DNA of 39,237 nt from positions 1-39,237 of the IMG/VR virus record IMGVR_UViG_3300027432_000003, one strand, 5' to 3'. Position 1 is the first letter of the stretch, and the number at the start of each line of letters is the position of its first letter. The notes under the pieces were generated by a model. It did no database searches, had not been told where the DNA came from, and saw only the letters and a program-made list of their open reading frames with translations. This document shows positions 31,147-38,473 of this stretch, piece after piece. Position numbers and translations under genes: made by a program. Source of the stretch: a virus.

Positions 31147-32085
31147 ATGTGTCAATTCAAATCAGCAGTTGTCGTTCGTGACGAAAGAGAAAAAGGTGGC
31201 TTCCGACTTTTGTTATCGCCTTGGACGGAATCGCATTCCGTTTTGGAAACAATCTTCAAGATAAATGAGCGCGTGCGTCTAATCTGCGCCAAGGTCGAGT
31301 TCTCGCCGGATGACATCACTAATGCTCACCTGATTGAGAAATACAAACTCAAAATCGATGAGGAACGGACCCCGGAATGGTTTGACGACGATATGAAGTT
31401 GAATGTTTCCGAAAAACTTTCCGATTACATAAAAAACATAATTGTGACGGGGGACGTGGACATTCTGATTGGCGGCCAGTTCATAGTTGCTCCCGGCTGT
31501 AAAGTGTCGTGCGTGCGGACGTGTGTAATCTCTGCCGTACTCGGCAACGCGAGCATCACCGACGTGCGGGACAACGCGAGCATCACCAACGTGCGGGACA
31601 ACGCGAGCATCACCAACGTGCGGGACAACGCGAGCATCACCAACGTGTGGGACAACGCGAGCATCACCGGCGTGCGGGGCAACGCGAGCATCACCGGCGT
31701 GCGGGACAACGCGAGCATCACCGGCGTGCGGGGCAACGCGAGCATCACCAACGTGCGGGACAACGCGAGCATCACCGGCGTGTGGGGCAACGCGAGCATC
31801 ACCGACGTGCGGGGCAACGCGAGCATCACCAACGTGCGGGACAACGCGAGCATCACCGGCGTGCGGGACAACGCGAGCATCACCGGCGTGTGGGGCAACG
31901 CGAGCATCACCGACGTGCGGGACAACGCGAGCATCACCAACGTGTCGGACAACGCGAGCATCACCGGCGTGTGGGGCAACGCGAGCATCACCGACGTGCG
32001 GGACAACGCGAGCATCACCGGCGTGTGGGACAACGCGAGCATCACCGGCGACAAACGCGCCAAAAAAATAAAATTTAAACTATGA
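31147..32085 (+). CDS. Nonapeptide tandem-repeat protein: a ~130-aa N-terminal domain followed by 18.8 copies of [D/G]NASIT[N/D/G]V[R/W/S]
   Basis: 312-aa ORF. The repeat is in frame, and the protein ends in a basic tail, DKRAKKIKFKL. Confidence 0.75.
   Translation: MCQFKSAVVVRDEREKGGFRLLLSPWTESHSVLETIFKINERVRLICAKVEFSPDDITNAHLIEKYKLKIDEERTPEWFDDDMKLNVSEKLSDYIKNIIVTGDVDILIGGQFIVAPGCKVSCVRTCVISAVLGNASITDVRDNASITNVRDNASITNVRDNASITNVWDNASITGVRGNASITGVRDNASITGVRGNASITNVRDNASITGVWGNASITDVRGNASITNVRDNASITGVRDNASITGVWGNASITDVRDNASITNVSDNASITGVWGNASITDVRDNASITGVWDNASITGDKRAKKIKFKL
31543..32049 (+). repeat. 27-nt tandem repeat, 18 full copies plus one 21-nt partial copy
   Basis: I counted the units by hand (31543, 31570, ... 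32002, partial 32029-32049). In every copy 22 of the 27 positions are invariant. Confidence 0.95.
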
Positions 32086-32267
32086 AATCCATTTCGTTCG
32101 CCTCGCACAAACCGCCTGCATCGGCTGAAATCAGACTGATAGGCAGCGCGGAGCGGACGTTTCGCCGGTGCCGCCGTCTGCCGAGACTCTTGGGGTCAAA
32201 GCGATCCTCGCGGGGCCGGCGATAATTTTATGAACAAACAAATTATGATCAAAACGAAGTAGAGTTT

Positions 32268-33104
32268 ATGAACACGTTGAAGACGGCCAAACAGCATAAT
32301 GCCGTGTTGACCGGCGAATCGGAGTTGCTTCCAATGATAAGCGGCCCGCGTGAGATTGCAAAGCCGGTTGACGCCGCATTCAACTTTGAATCGGCGTTTC
32401 GTTACGCCGTGGACAAGGGCGGTGGTAGCGAGGTTATGAACACGCTGATGAACATCCGGCGTGAGCTTAACGCCGAGGCCAGCAAGAAGGCGTTCGACCA
32501 GGCTCTTTCGGCATTTCAAGCCGAGTGCCCGATTGTGCTGAAGGAAAAGGCCGTGCCGACAGAGACGGGCAAAACCGCCTACAAGTACGCGCCGATTGAG
32601 GCCATCGAAATCCAGATTCGCCCTTTGCTTCGCAAGCACGGATTCAGTCACACGTTTGACACTGACACCACATCCGCGCAGGGATGGGTCATCGCCAAGT
32701 GCATTGTGACGCACCCCGAGGGGCACAGCCGAACCTCAACGGCCAAGTTGCCATTGGGGACCAAGACCAAGATCATGTCCGACACCCAGGTTTACGCTTC
32801 CGCGCTCACCTTCGCCAACCGCCGCGCTCTTTGCAACGCCTACGGTTTGGTATTGGCCGGTGAGGACATGGACGGTCAGACCGGAAAGCTGAAGGGTTCG
32901 ACAACGGGAAAAGTCGCCACGGCGGAAACGTTGCGGTGGTTTCTTGACCAAACCGCCGACATCAGGGAGAAGCAATTTGCCTTTGCCATTGACCACGGCC
33001 TGATTGAACCAAATGACACTCTGGACAAATGGCCGCTCGCCAGAGTGCCGACTTCAAAGGCGGAACTGGCCGCAATCAGGAAGGAGATTGAAGCCCATGT
33101 TTAA
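32268..33104 (+). CDS. erf: Single-strand annealing protein (Erf family)
   Basis: FDQALSAFQAE...GKTAYKYAPIEAIEIQIRPLLRKHGF...TQVYASALTFANRRALCNAYGLVLAGEDMDG follows the Erf pattern. Confidence 0.7.
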   Translation: MNTLKTAKQHNAVLTGESELLPMISGPREIAKPVDAAFNFESAFRYAVDKGGGSEVMNTLMNIRRELNAEASKKAFDQALSAFQAECPIVLKEKAVPTETGKTAYKYAPIEAIEIQIRPLLRKHGFSHTFDTDTTSAQGWVIAKCIVTHPEGHSRTSTAKLPLGTKTKIMSDTQVYASALTFANRRALCNAYGLVLAGEDMDGQTGKLKGSTTGKVATAETLRWFLDQTADIREKQFAFAIDHGLIEPNDTLDKWPLARVPTSKAELAAIRKEIEAHV

Positions 33105-34050
33105 AAACTGCTCCATCAAAGCCGTGCGGGTCAACAGCGATGCCTACCACGGCCAAAAGGCTGAACGCGGCTCGCCGGAATACACCATGTCGCCGTCATC
33201 CATCCGCGCCTTTATCGGATGCCCGTCTCGATGGCGCGCTGGATACGAACCGCCAGATTCCGAAGCCAAGGACTTTGGAAACCTGCTGGACTGCCTTGTT
33301 TTAACCCCGGAACAGTTCGACAAGCGGTATGCGATCAAACCTTCGACCTACAAAGACGCCAAAACCGGCGAAGATAAGCCCTGGAATGGCAACGGCAACG
33401 TCTGCAAGGCTTGGATTGAAGAACATGCCGAATTTGAGGTCGTGAGCCGTGACGGGCTTGCTAATGCCCAAAGCGCGGCGAATAGGCTGTCCAAAGATGA
33501 GACAATAGCGTCATTCCTGAAGGCCAGCGAGCGGCAAGTGCATGTGATCGGGCAATGGCACGACAAGGCAACGGGTTTGATTATTCCGGTTCAATGCCTG
33601 ATTGATTGCGTGCCAAGCGCGAAAAGCGAGTTCCAAAAGTGCCTTGGCGACCTGAAGACCACGCGCAACGCCGCGCAACGTCCATTTGGCCGCTGGTGCT
33701 ATACGGCTGGTTATCACGTCCAAGCCGCGTTTGACATCGCACTTTACACCGCCGCGACCGGCGAAGATCGAACGGATTGGATATTCCTGTTGTGCGAGAA
33801 TTACGCGCCTTGGGAAACCGGACGCCGGATGCTTGGGCAAGACCTGCTCCAAATCGGAACGCAAACATTTGAACATGCCTTGTCGCTCTACGCCCAATGC
33901 CTGGCGACTGGAAACTGGATTGGATATGATGCGCCGGAAGAATTTTCCGTCATCAATGCGGAGCCCTGGCAGGAATTTTCCGCTCTTGAAGAAAAATTGG
34001 AACATGACCAATCCACCCCGCCAGCCAATGCCGACGACCTAATCCCATGA
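33097..34050 (+). CDS. PD-(D/E)XK recombination exonuclease (RecE / DUF3799-like)
   Basis: I moved the start to ATG 33097, which has AAGGAG 10 nt upstream. It has the motif GDLKTT and a downstream YHVQAAF. It is paired with erf. Confidence 0.65.
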   Translation: MFKNCSIKAVRVNSDAYHGQKAERGSPEYTMSPSSIRAFIGCPSRWRAGYEPPDSEAKDFGNLLDCLVLTPEQFDKRYAIKPSTYKDAKTGEDKPWNGNGNVCKAWIEEHAEFEVVSRDGLANAQSAANRLSKDETIASFLKASERQVHVIGQWHDKATGLIIPVQCLIDCVPSAKSEFQKCLGDLKTTRNAAQRPFGRWCYTAGYHVQAAFDIALYTAATGEDRTDWIFLLCENYAPWETGRRMLGQDLLQIGTQTFEHALSLYAQCLATGNWIGYDAPEEFSVINAEPWQEFSALEEKLEHDQSTPPANADDLIP

Positions 34051-34118
34051 GAATGACCAAGCGAGGGCGTTGGAAGAATCAGCCGATGTAATTCCTTGAT
34101 GAGCCACGCGCAAATTTT

Positions 34119-34367
34119 ATGAACAACCAACAACTCGAAGCGAATAAACAGGACGCGCCAACCGGCGCGTCTTCAGCAACTTGTTGGGCGGACCTCGCCG
34201 CAAAAGCGTATCAACACGGCTGCGACGAGGTTCACAAGACTGAACCGTTATATGCCATCGAGAAGTTCCACGAACGTCCAAAATCGGTACAACGCGGATT
34301 TATAGCGGCCATGAAATACGCGGTTAAACATGCTCCGCCCAACGCTGGTCGGAAAGGAAAAACATGA
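34119..34367 (+). CDS. Hypothetical protein
   Basis: 82-aa ORF. Confidence 0.5.
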   Translation: MNNQQLEANKQDAPTGASSATCWADLAAKAYQHGCDEVHKTEPLYAIEKFHERPKSVQRGFIAAMKYAVKHAPPNAGRKGKT

Positions 34368-34473
34368 ATAACTGCGAAGAATGTGGATGGCCTGAACCGT
34401 TGGTATTATTGCTGGCGTGCTCTACTGCGAGGAATGGTATAGAAATAAATATCCTAGAATCGGAGGTGGCGCG

Positions 34474-35145
34474 GTGACTGCTGAACTTTCAAAATCACCA
34501 ATTCGTAGAAGGCTAAAATCAGCTGCGATGCTATTGGTAACAATATCCGTTCTCGGGGTTACAATTTCTGGCACTTTTTGGATGAATAGCTTTGAGCGGA
34601 AGATTATAGCCACAGAAAAGCAATCAAGTGAACTAGCCCAGTCTATAAAACAGATTGATGATCGAACTTTTAACATCGAAAAACAGTTTTCTGATTTTTC
34701 GAGTCCCAGCCTTCATTGCTCTGTAGTTCAGGGGGCAATTTTGCAATCCTATCAGGGCAGCGTTCCCAGGATTATTTACAAACTAAAGGTTGTTAACAGT
34801 GGAAGCCCCTCAATTGCCTGGAGATGGCACCTTGTGGTTACTCTCACCACTGGTCAAAATATAGATGTTGACGCAAGTGAGAATCCAGCCTCTGAAACAG
34901 TCGTAAATCCGCCACCAAATGGGCCAAGTATTTTTGACAACAGTAATTATTTACCAAACACATTACTTGAAAATCCAATCGCAACAGGCGCAGGAAAGGC
35001 TGGATGGGTAGGATTTGAGATGAACACAGCGACAGCGGACGATCTGGTTCGCATCGGAAATCAATTAGTGCTTTCATTTGAAGATTGTAAGGGAAACGTA
35101 ATTTCCATCACTAACGTCCTTACAAAGGCGGGGGGGCAATTTTAA
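34474..35145 (+). CDS. Membrane-anchored protein encoded in an AT-rich segment (moron candidate)
   Basis: GTG 34474 is preceded by GGAGG. It has an N-terminal TM segment, AAMLLVTISVLGVTISGTFWM. A sampled 60-nt line gave about 38% G+C, against about 63% in a line from the capsid gene. Confidence 0.55.
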   Translation: MTAELSKSPIRRRLKSAAMLLVTISVLGVTISGTFWMNSFERKIIATEKQSSELAQSIKQIDDRTFNIEKQFSDFSSPSLHCSVVQGAILQSYQGSVPRIIYKLKVVNSGSPSIAWRWHLVVTLTTGQNIDVDASENPASETVVNPPPNGPSIFDNSNYLPNTLLENPIATGAGKAGWVGFEMNTATADDLVRIGNQLVLSFEDCKGNVISITNVLTKAGGQF

Positions 35146-35203
35146 GATGCATCTCAAAGAAGCCAGATCGAAAAACAAGATTCCCCAACTCATCAAAGAG
35201 CAT

Positions 35204-36188
35204 GGGAAGGAATATCCCCAAGCCAGCAAGCATCATTTCCACGCCGTCCTAAAATCTATGGTTTCGGGAACTGCGAAACCAAAGCGGGGAACATCGAAGA
35301 AGCGTTCCCGCGCCGATTGAAGCGGAACTCAAATTCCTTTGCGTAGTTATGAAGATATTGTTTGGAAACATGAATGTGAGTGCCACGGATGCCACCCTTG
35401 AGGTGTTTCCAAAAGTTTTCCAGATTGTTGACATGCGTATCGTTCAAAACGTATTCGTGCGCTCCGTGATTCACAGTCTTGTGGGTGAATCCTTTTTTCG
35501 CCAGACCCTTGTAGGAACGCAATTCGTCAGTGTGAACCGTAGAACCTTGTGCGACGTTTTCCTCAATGATTGGCTTCAAGGTTTTGCCCGCGACATTCGG
35601 AACAACTTTCGTCATCACTTGGCCCTTGCGTTGCAGCATTCCAAACACAATCGTTTTGTTCGCTGCTCCGCGTCCGCGAACTCCGTGCGTGCGACCGCCG
35701 ACATAGGTTTCATCAATTTCAACGTCACCAAACAGCGGGAACTCTCCGTCAACCTGCTCCATGTGTTCGCGGATTTTATGACCCATGCGAAACGCACATT
35801 TGTAAGTCACGCCAAGTTTCCGCATCAATTCCATGGCGGGAACGCCGTGGCGGGAAGTGGTGAAAAGGTAAATGGCGTAAAACCACAGTTGCATTGGCGT
35901 CCGGCTATCCTCAAACAGCGTTCCGGCTGTCGGGTGGATATGGTGACCGCACCACTGGCAGGCATAAGCGCGAACCTTGCTCATCCTCGACCAATTGGAT
36001 TTCTTGTCGCACTTCGGGCATTTGTAGCCCTGTCCAAAACGGCTGTCGAAAACATGTTGGATGCAAGTCTCGTCATCCGGGAACATTTCGTAAAATTCCT
36101 TAATCGTCAGGCTGGCTTTCTCGTTTCTGTTCTTCATGCCCCAAATATACACCCAAAGGCGTACTTACGTCAAGGGGATAATTCCGGG
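35204..36188 (-). mobile_element. IS1595-family element 1 (boundaries approximate)
   Basis: The right end, CCCGGAATTATCCCCTTGACG (inward reading, 36169-36188), is homologous to the IR of element 2. The left-end candidate GGAAGGAATATCCCCAAG (35206-35223) matches it only imperfectly. Confidence 0.4.
35256..36137 (-). CDS. IS1595-family DDE transposase (copy 1)
   Basis: Zn-ribbon CPKCDKK...CQWCGHH, HTH-like MELMRKLGVTYKCAFRMGHKIR, VEIDETYVGG, and a DDE_Tnp_IS1595-like C-terminal part. I chose ATG 36137 by analogy with copy 2. Confidence 0.85.
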   Translation of the reverse strand: MKNRNEKASLTIKEFYEMFPDDETCIQHVFDSRFGQGYKCPKCDKKSNWSRMSKVRAYACQWCGHHIHPTAGTLFEDSRTPMQLWFYAIYLFTTSRHGVPAMELMRKLGVTYKCAFRMGHKIREHMEQVDGEFPLFGDVEIDETYVGGRTHGVRGRGAANKTIVFGMLQRKGQVMTKVVPNVAGKTLKPIIEENVAQGSTVHTDELRSYKGLAKKGFTHKTVNHGAHEYVLNDTHVNNLENFWKHLKGGIRGTHIHVSKQYLHNYAKEFEFRFNRRGNASSMFPALVSQFPKP

Positions 36189-36238
36189 TTGTTATGACAA
36201 TCTTGCAAGATTATGGCATTTTTTAGACACCCATCTTT

Positions 36239-36262
36239 GGGGGATTATATACTTGACTCACC
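36239..36262. repeat. Left terminal inverted repeat of the IS1595-type element
   Basis: 24/24 complementarity with 38262-38285. Confidence 0.9.
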
Positions 36263-36370
36263 GCTTGACGCGGGGCAATGGGGTGAGGCATGATTCGCCT
36301 AGATGCAGAACTGTACGGCGAAACCTCGTTCAAAGAATGGGCCTCCCTGTTCTCTGGAAAGTATTTCGTT

Positions 36371-37141
36371 ATGATTGTCATCTATGCAGATGAATCTGGA
36401 ACGCACGACCCAAATGGAAAGCTAACCGGTTCTGCATATCCCATTATCGCCGGATTCGCCGCCAGGAAATCTGTTTGGGATAAATTCTGTGTTGGGTGGA
36501 AGGCTGTTTTGGATAAATATGACGCTCCATACTATCACGGCAGGGAATTAACAACGGCCAGAGTGGCGGTTTTGGAAAACAGAAAAGAAAATAAAGAATT
36601 ATCAAAAAATCCGTACTATATTCGGAAGTGGGATTTTAAAAAAATCGAGTCGTTCAGAAAATCTTTAGCAAAGGTCGCATCCGCAGATGGTAAAATTCCA
36701 ATCGTCGGCGGAATGCATCTAACAAATTTTAACAAAATCAAGGATGAGTTTTCGGATAAAGACCCATATAAATGGGTCATGAGTCATTTTTTCTCTGTGT
36801 ATCACAAGGAAACAGGGCTTCAGTGGGGAAATTTCAAATCGGATGTTACTTTTGTATTTGACCAAAACGAAAAACGAAAATGGGTTAATTCTGTTCATGA
36901 AGTATTCGATGCATACCAAAAAAAAGACCCAAGAATGTCCGGTCCGAATTTTGGTGATAAAAAGAAATTTCCGTTTTGGCCACTTCAAGCTGCCGATTTT
37001 CTTGCCTATCGGATGAGGCAATTGGCGGAGGACAACGATAGTGGCCAATTACAAATTGATGAAGTGGACCGTATTCTTCTTAAGAATCTATATAAAAGCG
37101 CAACAATCATAAACCCTCAACTAAAACCATTCTTAAAATGA
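36371..37141 (+). CDS. DUF3800-family protein (passenger gene)
   Basis: The N-terminal MIVIYADESGTH and the C-terminal FWPLQAADFLAYRM fit the DUF3800 pattern. A sampled line in this gene gave about 32% G+C. The ORF track starts at 36290. Confidence 0.7.
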   Translation: MIVIYADESGTHDPNGKLTGSAYPIIAGFAARKSVWDKFCVGWKAVLDKYDAPYYHGRELTTARVAVLENRKENKELSKNPYYIRKWDFKKIESFRKSLAKVASADGKIPIVGGMHLTNFNKIKDEFSDKDPYKWVMSHFFSVYHKETGLQWGNFKSDVTFVFDQNEKRKWVNSVHEVFDAYQKKDPRMSGPNFGDKKKFPFWPLQAADFLAYRMRQLAEDNDSGQLQIDEVDRILLKNLYKSATIINPQLKPFLK

Positions 37142-37275
37142 AAAACGAAACACCGTTTGAAAAATTCCGGCAGTTCACGAAGAAAATAGTCTCCGTGCCG
37201 AAATCTGAAATTGATCGGCGGGAGACTGAATACAAAAAGGCCCGTAAAGGCAGGGTGAAACAGAGCAGCCTATGA
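37138..37275 (+). CDS. Small basic protein (45 aa) coupled to the DUF3800 gene
   Basis: MKNETPFEKFRQFTKKIVSVPKSEIDRRETEYKKARKGRVKQSSL. ATGA overlap with the DUF3800 stop. Translated by hand. Confidence 0.4.
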   Translation: MKNETPFEKFRQFTKKIVSVPKSEIDRRETEYKKARKGRVKQSSL

Positions 37276-37276
37276 T

Positions 37277-38236
37277 TTACGCCGCTTGCCACGTCCCTGC
37301 TTCCGGAAGTCCGCCAATGAGTTTGGCGTACTGGAGCCGACGACCAATGATGCCGATGATGCCTTTCAGGAATCTGCCGGAATCAGTGTTCTCACGCTCA
37401 TTAAATCGGAACGCTTGCTCGTCGAGGTAACGAAACAAATGAAAAGGTTCAACGCTGATATATGTCCCGCGAATCCCGCGCTTGAGCAGGCTCCAAAAGT
37501 TTTCCAGCCCGTTGGTGTGGACATTGCCGCGAACATATTCCTTCGCATGGTCAATCGCTTGGTGAACGTAATCCTGACTCAAGCCATTGTACGAGGGAAG
37601 CGCATCGGTGAACACCTGCGAGCCGGTTTCAACTTGCTGGCGAATTTCAGTTTGAAGGATATTGCGGCGAGCTTTTGCAACGTGCTTCAGTTTAATTTTT
37701 CCACCCCGCTGCAAAAGTCCCATGACAATCTCTTTGCCGGTTCCACCCGTTCCGCGACCGCGCTTGCTGCGTTGCGCGTTGTTCATGCTGCGGGCCTTGC
37801 CGCCGATGTAAGTTTCATCCGCTTCCACTTCGCCGGACAGTTTGTCCATGCTGCCGTTCTGCATCGCCAGCCGGATACGGTGAAGCATGAACCACGCTGT
37901 CTTTTGGGTGACGCCCAAGGCGCGGCCAAGCTCGCACGAACTGATTCCGTTCTTCGCGTTCACAATCATCCAGAATGCAGGCAACCATTTGTCCAGCCCA
38001 AGGGGACTGTCCTCGAAAATGGTGCCAACCTTGACGGAGAATTGTTTCTTGGTGTCGCGGCATTTCCAGATTTTGCGCGTCTCAAGGAAGGCGACGTTGG
38101 ACTTTTGGCAGCAAGGACAAACCACCTTGCCGTCAGGCCAGCGAATCGAAACCATGAACTGCAACGCCTTGTCGGCATCCGCGAAGTATTTAATTGCGCC
38201 GCTCAGCGTCTCGGGAAACTCGTTGTTTTCTTTCAT
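37277..38236 (-). CDS. IS1595-family DDE transposase (copy 2)
   Basis: CPCCQKS...KCRDTKKQFSVKVGTIFEDS, GISSCELGRALGVTQKTAWFMLHRIR and VEADETYIGGK. By eye it is only distantly similar to copy 1 at the protein level. Confidence 0.85.
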   Translation of the reverse strand: MKENNEFPETLSGAIKYFADADKALQFMVSIRWPDGKVVCPCCQKSNVAFLETRKIWKCRDTKKQFSVKVGTIFEDSPLGLDKWLPAFWMIVNAKNGISSCELGRALGVTQKTAWFMLHRIRLAMQNGSMDKLSGEVEADETYIGGKARSMNNAQRSKRGRGTGGTGKEIVMGLLQRGGKIKLKHVAKARRNILQTEIRQQVETGSQVFTDALPSYNGLSQDYVHQAIDHAKEYVRGNVHTNGLENFWSLLKRGIRGTYISVEPFHLFRYLDEQAFRFNERENTDSGRFLKGIIGIIGRRLQYAKLIGGLPEAGTWQAA

Positions 38237-38261
38237 GCCCCAAATATCGCATAAAGCCTAT

Positions 38262-38285
38262 GGTGAGTCAAGTATATAATCCCCC
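38262..38285. repeat. Right terminal inverted repeat of the IS1595-type element
   Basis: It is the reverse complement of 36239-36262. It contains TTGACT, and a GATATT hexamer follows 17 nt downstream, so it probably carries the transposase promoter. Confidence 0.9.
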
Positions 38286-38473
38286 TTTTATCCGCCGGGA
38301 AACCTTTGTCCACAACGCGACGTGAACCGGCATCCGAACGCAAAGCTGACCGATGGCGGGTGCGTAAAATGAACTCTCTCCAACCAATGACTGCCGAGCG
38401 CAAAAACGACGCTGGAACTGAAGGCGATACTAGCCATTCGTGTCCAGCGATTTGTTAGCGGAATTTTTGATGA

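Larger units (their letters stand above)
36239..38285. mobile_element. IS1595-family transposon-like element carrying passenger genes (2,047 bp)
   Basis: Perfect 24-bp inverted repeats, GGGGGATTATATACTTGACTCACC at 36239-36262 and its reverse complement at 38262-38285. They enclose the DUF3800 gene, a 45-aa ORF and a transposase gene. Confidence 0.8.

Noticed and set aside
31543-32049. The 27-nt repeat array might be a CRISPR array or a diversity-generating retroelement target, because variation falls at A-containing AAC/GAC codons.
   Set aside because: The repeats are contiguous with no spacers and lie in frame within an ORF. No reverse transcriptase and no separate template repeat exist anywhere in the 39-kb genome.
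31425-32108. Long ORFs on the opposite strand (31425..32108) and in another plus frame (31509..32078) across the repeat.
   Set aside because: They are low-complexity shadows of the tandem repeat (MLALSRT... and QREHHRRAG...). They have no independent start context or flanking unique domain.
32082-32225. A 47-aa Arg-rich ORF coupled (ATGA) to the end of the repeat-protein gene.
   Set aside because: It is possibly real, but its composition (RRCRRLPRLLGSKRSSRGRR) looks like non-coding GC-rich sequence and there is no supporting signal. I left it unannotated.
35349-36197. Long plus-strand ORFs antisense to both IS1595 transposase genes (35349..36197 and 37286..38254).
   Set aside because: They mirror the transposase ORFs almost end to end and have no recognisable motifs, whereas the minus-strand products carry clear Zn-ribbon, HTH and DDE features.
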